From assembly GCA_964016885.1 (NCBI GenBank), contig OZ024740.1:161758001-161822000 (forward strand): DNA of 64,000 nucleotides, in the 5' to 3' direction. Positions 42,166 through 55,403 of the stretch are shown here, piece after piece. Position 1 is the stretch's first letter. The number at the start of each line of letters is the position of its first letter. Both the position numbers and the translations under genes were made by a program. A model generated the notes under the pieces. It searched no databases. It worked only from the letters and a program-made list of their open reading frames with translations, and was not told where the DNA came from. This DNA is from Eledone cirrhosa (lineage: Eukaryota).

Positions 42166-42167
<2 letters not shown>
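41762..42167 (+). mobile_element. Short, internally deleted copy of the 59838-61222 LINE with an inverted 5' part (41762-41900)
   Basis: 41904-42165 matches 60917-61211; 41762-41898 is the reverse complement of pieces of 60555-60881. Confidence 0.85.
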
Positions 42168-42232
<65 letters not shown>

Positions 42233-42670
42233 TTAGTATCATAAATAAGAGACAGTTTAATTTATACATTTTATTACAACACCCCTTTATACGTATATAT
42301 ACGTATATATACATACATAAACATGTTATTTACAGTTGTATAAAAAAAGAAGTATAATTGTTTCCACTTTTGGCACAAGGCCAGAAATTACACTAGTACA
42401 TTACTGGTACTTTATTATATATAATATATATAATACGACATTTCTCTCTCTTTCTTACTCTGTCTTTTTAGATAGATTCATATCTATAACGTCGCGCGCT
42501 TATAATATCTGTTTGTATGTCTGCCTGTCTGCATTGACTTCACTCCTAACCATCTTTTAATTAATTATATATATATATTATATCAAGTGTTAACCTAATA
42601 TATACCTTCAATATACTGTACCGATTGTGTTTTTATTTCTGTTTACCTTTTACATACATATATATATATA

Positions 42671-43305
42671 CTAGCAGTGGTACCCGGCGTTGCACGGGAT
42701 AACGTATTTTGGAACGCGGGCCGCCAACAGACCTAATCGTGGAAAAACTGCATGCCTGGACAATATGTAAAGAAAATAAACCGGATACTCTGATGGCTGG
42801 ATAATCTTTAAGATTTTCCTCAATGAAGCAGGAAAAATGCATGTTTTCACCTAATGCGGGTCCTAGGGGATAAAAAAATGAATATTTTTATCTGCATAAT
42901 ATGCCTTGAAATATTTGGAAAATTGGCTAGACGTAACGCCTCAAAGGAGCCCTAAAAAGCTGGAAAAAATGAAGTTTTTCAACTAATGCTATACTAGGCC
43001 ATAAAAAAGTTGGATTTTCTTTGCTCACGGTATGAAGAAGAGACTGACTAATACATAGTTACAATTTCAAGGAAATCGCTCTGACGTAACGCCTAAAAAA
43101 AAACTCTAAAAACTTGAAAAAACGCAGTTTTTCACCTAATGCGGGTCCTAGCGGATCAAAAAGTTGAATTTTTTATGTGCATAACACTCCCTAAGACATA
43201 AGTAATACACATGTAAAGTTTGAAAAAAAAGCGGTTGGGTAATTCTCGAGTTTTAGGGATTCAAACTCACACACACACACATCCTCAGTTATATATATAT
43301 ATAGA
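42671..43305 (-). mobile_element. Non-autonomous Helitron-like element, same family as 7774-8542
   Basis: Same hairpin-CTAG terminus and TCTATATA start; internal CCTAATGCGGG repeats. Confidence 0.75.
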
Positions 43306-43319
43306 TTATATATTCGTGT

Positions 43320-43575
43320 ACATATTTTCAACAGTAATACTGCACTATATATTTTCAAGAGTAATACTATACTATACTATATATTTTCAACAGTCATACT
43401 ATACTATACTATATATTTTCAACAGTAATACTATACTATATATTTTCAGCAGTAATACTAAACTATACTATATATTTTCAACAGTAATACTATACTATAT
43501 ATTTTCAACAGTAATACTGTACTATATATTTTCAACAGTAATACTACACTATATATTTTCAACAGTAATATTTTA
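43320..43575. repeat. Minisatellite TATATTTTCAACAGTAATACTATAC (27-32 bp), about 9 units
   Basis: Direct reading. Confidence 0.9.
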
Positions 43576-45339
43576 CTACACAGACGGCTTATCGTCTATT
43601 TATCCAAGCGAAGCTAGGTACGTCAGCTATATATATATATATATATATATATGGATGCCGTAGAACACGCCAATGGTAGCCGGCCGCCAGCCGGACGGGC
43701 CAGCTAGTAGATATAGAAGTTGAGCTTGTTTAGCAAGGCAATTGATTGAGATCATGTTTGAAAGTGAAATAATTACACTGTGAAAGTAATTTTAGCTATT
43801 TCAGAAACTATTCAATTGGACACATCCAAACTGTGCCGTCTATTATATAATGTGAACATATTTCATCGCTCTCCTGCAACCTAACTACTGACACAATTCC
43901 CGTGCATATATGTAATCTTGTTGGTGACAACAATGGCCAAAGGCGTTCTAGCTGTTCTAGTCTTGCCCTCAGGAATTGTGCTTTTTTAAATACCCTCTTC
44001 TATTTCGTTTTAATGGGAGTAGGGTGTAATATATGAGAGATTTGAGTACTATATCTAGTAGGCCGATTAATGGCATAGAACCTCCCTCATCAGCTCGAAT
44101 CATTAAGTGTAGGTTTGTGCCCTGGAGAGATTGCTTCGGTTTTCCCGCAGTGTGTACATAGACACAACACAGGAAATAACCGTCGACTAAATAGAAGTCT
44201 TATTGCCCAAACGTCGTACAACATGGCGCCAAGGTTTGCAACCAGCAGTGGGCGGTATACATCTTTGCAGTGGGATTTATATAGGCCAGCTAGGTTCTTA
44301 CAATGCGTACTTTTTTATTTCATTTTATAGCATTTTGCTTCTTTTATTGTTTTATTATTTCAATGTGATTTTGTACGAAAGAAATACGTCTATACGAAAT
44401 ATATAAACAATGACGAAATTTACGGATTCGGTGGTGAACTTGTAATATTAGAAAGAAAAACAGCTGTTATCGACCTATCCCCCCCCCCATATTAACTACT
44501 TTTTTCTAGGTCTGCGAATACCAGCAGACAAAAATAACTCTTTATAGAAATTTCTTTGAACGATATTGCTAATACATATATATATATGTGTGTGAGTGTG
44601 TTTGTGCGAGCCTGATGATTCAGTCCGTTGCTACTCGCTAGATTTGATGTTTTGAGCGATGATGGAATGATCGACTGAAAGATTGCATTGAACGATAAAC
44701 TCTGAGTGACGACTGAGTAAATCTTTAGCTTCTAGCTTCGTACATATAAACATCCTTCACCAACATTTCTGGAAAGCGTCTCTTTTCTTTCTTTCTTTTA
44801 AATCGTGATAATTTAAAAACAGTTTACTAATATTTTCAAAGCGTTGGAGCTACGTCGGTTTCAACGATGAGTGTTCCAGTTGTTTGATCAACGGAACCTC
44901 TCATCGTGAAATTAACGTGCAAGTGGCTGAACATTTTTCAATTACTTGTACATTTAACATAGTTCTCCATGAGATTCAACGAGGCAGAGTGTGTGACAAG
45001 ACTGGCCTTTGGTACACAGGTCCAATTAGTGGATTGGAGCATTGTGAAATAAAGTGCCTTGCACAAGACCGCAACACCCCGCCTGAAATTGTGAGCAGAA
45101 CGCCCTAAACCAGTAAGCCAGGTGCTTTCACAATATTTTCAGTATTGACAGATTATTACTATTTTCCACATTCTGTTCCGTGATTCCTGATAGAGTCGTA
45201 AGGGCCCCGTGTTGACATACGACGTTTCTTGGGCAGTTTAAGCCTGGCGGAGCCCATCCCTCTCCAGGCCTGAGTACAGCAAATTTCTTCCAGAGAAAGA
45301 TAGAGAGAGGAAATGAGAAAGAGATATAGAGGAAGAATC

Positions 45340-45494
45340 GAACCCAGTACTAGATTGTTACTTTATTTTCGACCTCGAAAGGATGAAAGGCAAAGTTGAC
45401 CGCGGTGGGATTTGAACTCCGAGAGCAGAGAACTTGAACGAGTACCATAAAGCATTCTATCCGACGTTCTAACGACTCTGCCAATTCGCCACCT
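45340..45494 (-). mobile_element. Older SINE family A relative
   Basis: GAAAGGATGAAAGGCAAAGTTGACC...GGATTTGAACTC...GCCAATTCGCC. Confidence 0.7.
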
Positions 45495-45805
45495 GATATT
45501 TTCCAAATTAGGGAAGTTGAATGTTACAAAAAGTTACTTCAGCTTAAAATTGCTTCAGGGTTACATTTTTACTTGACTATTTTATGGCAGCCAGACTTGT
45601 TGTTATAAGGCCAATTGTTTCAAGATACACATTGCGTTCTTTCTCTGTTTATGGGTGTATATATCTGACTACTTATACAACCATCATTTTTATATAGATA
45701 CACATATATTCGTTCATACACGTGTACACATATGCACACATACATTCATTCCAGACAGTGCAGAGCTACTAATAGTCCCAATCCAGATGTATATATATAT
45801 ATATA

Positions 45806-46270
<465 letters not shown>

Positions 46271-46326
46271 CATTTCTATACTATACTATATATATATATA
46301 TATATATATAGTATAGTATAGAAATG

Positions 46327-46382
<56 letters not shown>

Positions 46383-46403
46383 AAATATATATATATTATA
46401 GAA

Positions 46404-46446
<43 letters not shown>

Positions 46447-46543
46447 GAGATTAATATCCCCACATGTACTAAGTACCCCTGGAAATATATAGGGTCTCTA
46501 TGATACAGTGGTGTTCTATGGTATTAATTTGACATACCACAAC

Positions 46544-46853
46544 TATAAAATTGAGATAAGCGGAACAAGTAAGATTCAAACAATTTTTTAAAATAAATTA
46601 AAAAATATAATTTAAATATTTACCTATTCCATTTGCTTTTACCGGCGGTTTCACCTTACAAAAGATTGGAGATCCTAGGGACCTCCAATGGAAATGTTCG
46701 GATCATGAGAGAGCATTTTCCTTACCTAGGACAAAAGTCCCAGGAACGGCAAAATATATTGCCACCTGCCAGCTAGCACGGGATCGAATGAGGCCGTAAT
46801 TTATTTAAAAAAATTGTTTCAATCATACTTGCTCCACTTATCTCAATTTTATA
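46544..46853 (-). mobile_element. Short fold-back element with a decayed hammerhead (46635-46714); relative at 48745-48930
   Basis: About 55-bp inverted ends; minus strand GCTCT-CTCATGA...GAAA-CCGCCGG-TA-AAAGC; relative has CTGATGA...GAAG-CTGTCGG-TA-AAAGC. Confidence 0.5.
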
Positions 46854-46874
46854 TATATATATATATACTTAAGA

Positions 46875-48740
46875 TAAATATTGATGCAATTCAATTCAAG
46901 CACTCAACGTACTTTTTCCACATTGGAGTGACGGAGTATACATCGAATAAGAAAGCGAAGTAATTTCAGATGCTAAAGTCCTTTAATAATAATGCTGTGA
47001 TGCAGGCGCAAGTCCGAAGGAGGTTGACCATCAACTACCGCAGAGTTCAACGAAACTCGCCTAGGCAGGTCCCCCTCTCAACCAAAAATGCCCCCATCCA
47101 GGCCAGTAATATCAGTACCAGGGATTTCCAGTGTGTGTAGTCCATCCCCATGGTAGAGGGAATTTCCGGGTGTAGCTGACGGCTGGTTCCTCTCTTCTCC
47201 ACTATATCGGTTACACCATAGAGCGCTCGACGTTTTGGAACTAAATTCTTAAAGGTAAATATTGATGCAATTCAATTCAAGCACTCAACGTACTTTTTCC
47301 ACATTGGAGTGACGGAGTAAATATCGAATAAGAAAGCGAAGTAATTTCAGATGTTAAAGTACTTTAATAATAATTGTTTCTACTTTAGGCACAAGGCCAG
47401 CAAATACCTAGTGCATTACTAGTACTTTATTTTATCGACCCCATAAGGATGAAAGGCAAAGTCAAGCTCGGCGGGATTTGAACTCAGATCGTAAAGGGGC
47501 GTAACTATGCTGGAAAGCATGGCTTCCGACCCTCTACTGATACTGCCAATCCACCAATAATGCTGTGATACATATTTCAATACTGGACGGACATAAAATT
47601 ATAAACTAACTTTCGACAGGATAAATACGCGGAAATAAAAACAACGATAAACCCTTATTTTCCTGCAGCAAATTGCATCTGCACAGAAGCCTTGAACAGA
47701 AGCCCCCTCACTTCACCAGATAACAAACCTTTATATGGGCAAATTGACAATCATATTAACCACTTATACCCTCATTTCCATGCAGTTTACCTTCTTCGCA
47801 TATGTTTCTCATATATATCTCCTATCTCATTTTACATCTATGTATTTCACGTATTTTTTGTAATTTTGTGGATGTTATACCTTACATTTTTGTTTTGTTC
47901 CATGTGATAAAGATATTAACTATGTATTCGCCTAACTACTACATTTCATACTGTAATTTACCCTCTGTTCTACTGTACGGTACTATCGTTCAATATGTAG
48001 ATAATATATCTGTAAGATTGATCCCACTTTCAAAACTTCTTACTATAACATCTCCCGATTTATTAGTTATCATAGTACATATATATTTTTTACTTACTTC
48101 AATCTAGATTCTAACTTGTAATTTTTTTAATTTTTGATTCTTGATTTGTAATTTTTAGTGTTAATTTCCAACTCTCATTCATAATTTCCACTGTGAAACC
48201 ATAATACCTAGAAATAAGTATATATTTTCTTAGCGGTAGATGGTCAATTCTACTTTCCATGCTTAATTTAGGGGTAGTAGTGGGACCTATTGATACTCAT
48301 ACTCTCCCACCCCACTAGCTTTCGGCCGACTGCCACTAACAGGGTGGCTAGCAGTAAGCTGTAACCGTGTCATATTACAGGCCTGGATGGGGTCATTGTT
48401 TGGTTGAGATAAGGACCTGCCTAGGCGAGTTTCGTTGAACTCTACGGTAGTTGATGGTCAACCTCCTTCGGACTTGCGCTTGCGCAGAGCGGTGGGGGTG
48501 AATTGGGACTCACAAGGGAACGGGCGAAGAACTCAAGAGCACACCCTTTGTCTGTTCCCATGTCGATTCAATTTGGATTGCCTCGGAAACATAACCTTAT
48601 TATGTAACAAGTTGTCTGATGATGTCACGGCACTGGGCTCACCGAACTGTGTGGCCACTGTCGTCATGGAAATATGTATCACAGCATTATTATTAAAGGA
48701 CTTTAACATATGAAATTACTTCGCTTTCTTATTCGATTCT
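46875..48740. repeat. Composite repeat: direct duplication 46875-46990 / 47256-47372; inverted matches 47005-47112 / 48372-48479 and 46942-47001 / 48678-48737
   Basis: Direct reading of the arms; probably a retroelement terminal-repeat rearrangement. Confidence 0.7.
47375..47555 (-). mobile_element. SINE family A
   Basis: Full body; inserted in TTTAATAATAATGCTGTGAT (uninterrupted version at 46982) with AATAAT duplicated. Confidence 0.88.
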
Positions 48741-49019
48741 ATATATAAAATTGAGATGAGTGGAGCAAGTACACTTTAAACAATCTTTTAAATAAATTAA
48801 AATACGATTTAAATATTCAGCTATCCAAAATGCTTTTACCGACAGCTTCGCTTCATATTATAGAAATGACCTCTACAGGTCTAGAAATGATTTATTCGTA
48901 TAAAATCATCAGGAAAGTACTTTCCTGATGTGTATACTCTTTTAACGTATTGGGTACCTTTTTTTTAACTGTGATCCCCTCCTGATATACATCGGCAATC
49001 CACCTATTATATATATATA

Positions 49020-49788
49020 TGATGATAGCTAACAAGCTTGAAACTAGTACATCGTTCCTGTGTCAGTGTTGAACAAAAAGGTGACGTGGTTGCCTTAACA
49101 CCGTATGGCATAAATTCAGGCTGTTCAGTTTGTTTACAAACGAACAAAGCGACGTTAGCGCCGCTAAACTGATACGTGCATATATGTATGTGTACCTGTA
49201 TGCATATGTATATATATATGTATATATATATGTATATATATATATATATGTGCATGCTACTGTACGTCTGTATACATATATGTATGTACGTATACATGCA
49301 TACTTACATTTAAGTAAGTGCCATACTAAGAGTGAGAAATGAAATTTCGTTTTCATTTTGTTTCAATTTATCGTTTTCGGTATGCCTGACCGATTTAACT
49401 CACTCAATATGCAAATTAGGCTGCTCAGCCGTTAATTTTCATAAGGAAAGTATATACTTTCGAACGTTCAACTATCTGGCAGATGGGTAAACGGTGCTGA
49501 TGATAGCTAACAAGCTTGAAACTAGTACATCGTTCCTGTGTCAGTGTTGAACAAAAAGGTGACGTGGTTGCCTTAACACCGTATGGCATAAATTCAGGCT
49601 GTTCAGTTTGTTTACAAACGAACAAAGCGACGTTAGCGCCGCTAAACTGATACGTGCATATATGTATGTGTACCTGTATGCATATGTATATATATATGTA
49701 TATATATATGTATATATATATATATATATGTGCATGCTACTGTACGTCTGTATACATATATGTATGTACGTATACATGCATACTTACA
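49020..49788 (+). mobile_element. Partial tandem (period 478 bp, about 1.6 units) of a hammerhead-containing non-coding unit
   Basis: 49020-49308 is nearly identical to 49498-49788; the first copy starts inside the ribozyme core. Confidence 0.8.
49490..49534 (+). ncRNA. Minimal type I hammerhead ribozyme, intact core
   Basis: AACGGTG-CTGATGA-t-AGCT aaca AGCT-t-GAAA-CTAG-TA-CATCGTT: 7-bp stem I, 4-bp stem II, palindromic stem III, GUA triplet. Confidence 0.82.
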
Positions 49789-49979
49789 TATATATATATA
49801 TATATATATATATTAACGAAGGAAGTGTGGTAAGGAACCAGGTAGACCATAACGCATCAGAATACTCGATACTTTCGGTAGTACAGTGGGTAATAGGAAA
49901 ATAGTCAGCACCCCGACGGCTGAGCTCCGGCCGTTTCGACAGCTAGATCCGAGCTGTTCGGATCTAGCTGTCGAAACAG

Positions 49980-50087
<108 letters not shown>

Positions 50088-50114
50088 TTATATTTATATA
50101 TATATGTGTGTGTT

Positions 50115-50905
50115 AAAATTAGAATTGGCGCTCTGAAATATATATATGAATGTATATATAGTGTATCTTGCAATATACTGTATGCTTAATTAAAAGCATT
50201 TCGAAGACCTTACGCTATTGTTTTACAGTAGTGACAGTGTCACTTACTTTAAATTTTCAGCAAACAGGGGAGATAAAGCTGACAGAGCTATATTTCGTAC
50301 TGGTTGGTACTTATCAAACCAAGTACTCCATCTGTTTGCTGAAAATCATGAATGTTTGATTCTTATAGAATTTCTAGTAATAATCAGAAACTTTATACAG
50401 AGCGGTTGCCGGTCAAGCAGAAATTGAAAATTAGAATTGGCGCTCTGAAATAGCGATATATATATGAATGTATATACAGTGTATTTTGCAATACACTGTA
50501 TGCTTAATTGAAAGCATTTCGAAGACCTTACGCTATTGTTTTAGAGTAGTGACAGTCTCATTTACTTTAAATTTTCAGCAAACAGGGGAGATAAAGCTGA
50601 CAAGGTTATGTTTCGTACTGGTTGGTACTTATCAAAGCCAAGTACTCCACCTGTTTGCTGAAAATCAAGAATGTTTGATTCTTATAGAATTTCTAGTAAT
50701 AATCAGCAACTGATTATACAGAGCGGTTGCCGGTCAAGAAGAAATTGAAAATTAGAATTGGCGCTCTGAAATAGCGATATATATATGAATGTTTGCTGAA
50801 AATTTAAAGTAAGTGAGACTGTCACTACTCTAAAACAATAGCGTAAGGTCTTCGAAATGCTTTTAATTAAGCATACAGTGTATTGCAAAATACACTATAT
50901 ATACA

Positions 50906-50910
<5 letters not shown>
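50115..50910 (-). mobile_element. Tandem 312/321-bp units plus inverted terminal piece (50791-50910), with decayed hammerheads
   Basis: AAAATTAGAATTGGCGCTCTGAAATA at 50115, 50427 and 50748; minus strand GGCT-TTGATAA-GTAC caacca GTAC-GAAA...GTC-AGCT. Confidence 0.7.
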
Positions 50911-50983
<73 letters not shown>

Positions 50984-51502
50984 TAAACGGAATAGAAAAT
51001 GCTGACAAATTGTTGACAGTGAAAAATAGTTTAATTAGGAATAAGTGAGAATTAGTAATTGTATTGGTTAGTATTCAGTTTTGGTTTTAAGTTTTACCGG
51101 TTGCGCATTTCTAATGCTTTTCAAAAATAATTTTGAGATAGAGCGTCCGTGATGTTTGCTCTGATCTGATTAGTTTTGGGAATTCTACCTGTTTTTATGT
51201 TAAAAAAGTGGCTCCAGCGGTATTAAAATAAGTTTTGCGCCAATTCGTGTTGCAAAAATTCTTGTGGTCAAAACAATTTTGATTGGTCGGTAGAGGTCAT
51301 GTGAATGTAAAAAATTGATTTTGCGCCAAATGTAGGTTTGTGTCGGCTGACTGAGAAATGACTCTTTCACAACAAATATGTGTGTGTGTGTGTGTGTGTA
51401 GTAGTAGTAGTAGTAGTAGTAAAGTGTTCGTTGTTGTGATAATGGTCAGCAGGGATGTGTGTGCGAACCGCAGCCTGTTGACAGTCCAAATGCCTATTAA
51501 GA

Positions 51503-51561
<59 letters not shown>

Positions 51562-52003
51562 CAGAGTAATTCGTGGTAGAGGGATGGTCAGTAGGAATGT
51601 GTCTGTAAGTGAGTGGGGGATATTTTAACATGTTAAAAGATATTTTTCAGCTCTTGTCTTATACGGAGAAGTGTGTGTGTGTGTGTGTATGTATGTCTTT
51701 TTGTATGTTAATGTACGCGTGTGTATGTGTGTGTGTATATATGTGTGTGTGTGTGTGTGTGTGTGCGAGAATGTGTGTGTGTGTGTGTGTGCGATAATGT
51801 GTGTGTGTGAGTGGACCAGTATTTTTTCCTGGTAAAATGGTGTACATTATTCGATATTTTCAGTAAAATCGATTCTCTCAATAGAACATCAAAAACCTTA
51901 ATAATAAAAGGTGTGAAATGATATATAGTATTGGCATAATACCAAGGTGTGTGTGAGTGTGTGTGTGTGTCGACATTGTACGTACTGAAAGGAGGATCCC
52001 TTA

Positions 52004-52275
52004 GGCCTTGCTGTATTGGAATACCTGTGCACAAATATGTATCTGGAGTGTGTCCAGAAATTGTATACCTGTGCGCAAACATGTATCTGGAGTGTGTCCA
52101 GATTGTAAGGCCTTGCCGTATTGGAATACCTGGGCACAAATATGTATCTGGAGTGTGTCCAGAAATTGTATACCTGTGTACAAATATGTATCTGGAGTGT
52201 GTCCAGATTGCATGTACTGCAAGGGGAATTCATTAGGCTTTGCCGCATTGGAATACCTGTGCACAAAAATGTATG
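52004..52275. repeat. Minisatellite with a ~105-bp higher-order unit built from TACCTGTGCACAAATATGTATCTGGAGTGTGTCCAGA subunits
   Basis: Direct reading. Confidence 0.85.
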
Positions 52276-52613
52276 TGCCCATCAGTGTGCAATGCATGTG
52301 TGCGTTTATGTATGTGTGTGAGTCGGCACGTTTATATCTATAGACATCAAAAGGTATGCAAATTTGTGTATATTTGTGTTGCACCATAGAACATGTGTGT
52401 TTTCAGTAAAATCGGTTCTCTTAATAGAACATCAAAAATCTTAACAATAAAAGGTGTGAAATGATATTCACTATATATATATATATATGTGAAGATAGAC
52501 ATAGAATATTCGAAAATATTCTGTATGTTTATAATAAACATTTTGAAGACCTAATCGCTATAGAATAGAATACGTCACGTATTACAATTAGATTCTCGAC
52601 AAAAGCAAGGGAA

Positions 52614-52656
52614 GTAACCTACGCGTTTCATTCTTATTAGAAATCTTCAGGATTAC
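52614..52656 (-). ncRNA. Minimal type I hammerhead ribozyme (copy 1; copy 2 at 52924-52966)
   Basis: Reverse complement of the 53348-53390 motif. Confidence 0.85.
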
Positions 52657-53347
52657 ATATCCAGTGCTTCTATCGAGAATGACACAGCTAGAGACTTATA
52701 GAATACTTAGCTGTGTACAGGAACTGGTTTGAAAGAGCGGTCGCCGGTCCGGCAGAAATTAGAAATTGGAATAAATGCTCTGAAATAGCGATATATATGT
52801 GAAGATAGACATAGAATATTCGAAAATATTCTGTATGTTTATAATAAACATTTTGAAGACCTAATCGCTATAGAATAGAATACGTCACGTATTACAATTA
52901 GATTCTCGACAAAAGCAAGGGAAGTAACCTACGCGTTTCATTCTTATTAGAAATCTTCAGGATTACATATCCAGTGCTTCTATCGAGAATGACACAGCTA
53001 GAGACTTATAGAATACTTAGCTGTGTACAGGAACTGGTTTGAAAGAGCGGTTGCCGGTCCGGCAGAAATTAGAAATTGGAATAAATGCTCTGAAATAGCG
53101 ATATATATGTGAAGATAGACATAGAATATTCTATAGCGATTAGGTCTTCAAAATGTTTATTATAAACATACAGAATATTTTCGAATATTCTATGTCTATC
53201 TTCACATATATATCGCTATTTCAGAGCATTTATTCCAATTTCTAATTTCTGCCGGACCGGCAACCGCTCTTTCAAACCAGTTCCTGTACACAGCTAAGTA
53301 TTCTATAAGTCTCTAGCTGTGTCATTCTCGATAGAAGCACTGGATAT

Positions 53348-53390
53348 GTAATCCTGAAGATTTCTAATAAGAATGAAACGCGTAGGTTAC
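53348..53390 (+). ncRNA. Minimal type I hammerhead ribozyme (copy 3; copy 4 at 53658-53700)
   Basis: GTAATC-CTGAAGA-t-TTCT aata AGAA-t-GAAA-CGCG-TA-GGTTAC: 6-bp stem I, 4-bp stem II, ACGCGT palindromic stem III, GUA triplet. Confidence 0.87.
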
Positions 53391-53886
53391 TTCCCTTGCT
53401 TTTGTCGAGAATCTAATTGTAATACGTGACGTATACTATTCTATAGCGATTAGGTCTTCAAAATGTTTATTATAAACATACAGAATATTTTCGAATATTC
53501 TATGTCTATCTTCACATATATATCGCTATTTCAGAGCATTTATTCCAATTTCTAATTTCTGCCGGACCGGCAACCGCTCTTTCAAACCAGTTCCTGTACA
53601 CAGCTAAGTATTCTATAAGTCTCTAGCTGTGTCATTCTCGATAGAAGCACTGGATATGTAATCCTGAAGATTTCTAATAAGAATGAAACGCGTAGGTTAC
53701 TTCCCTTGCTTTTGTCGAGAATCTAATTGTAATACGTGACGTATACTATTCTATAGCGATTAGGTCTTCAAAATGTTTATTATAAACATACAGAATATTT
53801 TCGAATATTCTATGTCTATCTTCACATATATATCGCTATTTCAGAGCATTTATTCCAATATATATATATATATATATATATTCACA

Positions 53887-53918
<32 letters not shown>

Positions 53919-54024
53919 GTGTGTTTACGTATGTCATTGTGTTTATATGTGGGTAGAGATGTGTGCTGATGTAGGTATGTATGTTGACGTGTGTATGTTG
54001 TGGGTTCGTCTTAGGGAGAGGTGT

Positions 54025-55403
54025 TTAGACGGGTCCGTATTTGTTAATAAAGTAAGATTCCTTGCTGATGCGCTGGGTGTGGGTGGCATTATCTTTAAAT
54101 TTGTAGAGGGGAAAGATTCTGAAGTTGGGATGATTTTGGGCGGCACAGGTATCAATGTGTTCACTCAGTGGTATTTTCCTGTATTCCCGTATTTTAATTT
54201 GGGATCTATAGAGAGTCATGCGTTGGCGGAGGCTGTTTTTGGTCTGGCCTATGTATTGTTCTCGACAACCTGAGCAAGTTAATACATATATTAGATTTTC
54301 TGATGCGCATGTGAAATTGTGTTTTACTATAAAACGTTGTCCTTCTTTGAAATAGAATTCCGAACCCGCTATTAGGTTGATGCAAATGCCACAGGTGGGT
54401 CTATCGCATTTTTTTACTGTGGGTTTCGTTGTTGTGGTTGGCAGTACTTTGGCATGTGTTAGGATGTTTTTCATTGACTTAGATTGTCTTTTGCTCTTTA
54501 TGATATCGTGTGTTCGTAGGATTTGGTTCTTTCTATGATCCTTTTTCAACACAGGGATGTTCTGGAGGATGGTGTCAAAGGCCTCATTGTTGAGGGGGTT
54601 GTGTGTGGAGATGTATGGAAGAGCTTTTAGTTTCGGTTGATTTACTTTAGGGTGTCTAAGGTCCTGGCTACTGTGTTTTAGGGCACGTTGGATTCCATTG
54701 TCAATTAGTGATGCAGGGTAGTCCCTGCCTATGAGTGTGTCCTTTAGTTCTTGTAGCCGTAAGTAGCAGGTGTTTTTATTGGAGACTATAGTACATATTC
54801 TCTTGGCTAAGTTGTAGGGAATATTAATTTTAACGTGTCTAGGGTGGCAAGAGTTGAAAGGAAGATATTGCTTGGAGTCTGTGGGCTTGTAGTATATGTC
54901 TGTTTCTATTTTTTTGTTATGGATCTTAATGAGGATGTCGAGGAAGGGGAGTTGTTGATGGCTGTATTCCATCGTGAAGTTAATATTCGTGTTGAGCCCA
55001 TTTATAAGGGTGTGAAATTCTTTAAGTTTCTCGATGTTTTCGTGCCAAAGGATGAAGCAGTCATCTAGATATCGCTTCCAGTTCCTTTCTATGTGTAAGT
55101 GGAGAGTGTTACCAAATTTGTTTAGGACTTTAGTGTAGAGGGTGATTTCCAGGTATCCCATGACTAGGTTGGCCTAAGTGGGGGCTGTTTTCGTTCCCAT
55201 AGCGGTCCCATATTTCTGCTTGTAGGGTTTGTTATTGAAAACGAAGTAATTGTTCTCGAAGATAAATTTGAGTCCCTCTATCACGAATTCTTTTTTGATG
55301 CGTTGTGGGAGTTCATTGTGGTAATTATCCAGCCAGAATTGGATAGCTTCTATTCCTAGGTTGTGGGGGATGTTGAAGTATAGGTTGACTACATCGAACG
55401 TCA
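54025..55403 (-). pseudogene. Penelope-like RT plus GIY-YIG endonuclease, single frame with one premature stop (55174-55176)
   Basis: VTFDVVNLYFNIP, YKQKYGTAMGTKTAPT*ANLVMGYLE, WKRYLDDCF, LPFLDI, DIYYKPTD, CDRPTCGIC, NLIYVLTC...YIGQTKNSLRQRM. Confidence 0.93.

Larger units (their letters stand above)
52489..53858. mobile_element. Retrozyme-like array: 310-bp units, about 2.1 on minus then about 2.3 on plus, inversion point near 53130
   Basis: GAAGATAGACATAGAATATT at 52491, 52801 and 53111; CTATAGCGATTAGG at 53131, 53441 and 53751; one hammerhead per full unit; no coding capacity; (TA)n flanks. Confidence 0.85.

Noticed and set aside
52004-52275. CRISPR-like ~36-bp repeats
   Set aside because: Spacers are short and themselves repeated, there are no cas genes and the context is eukaryotic; a minisatellite (same for 43320-43575)
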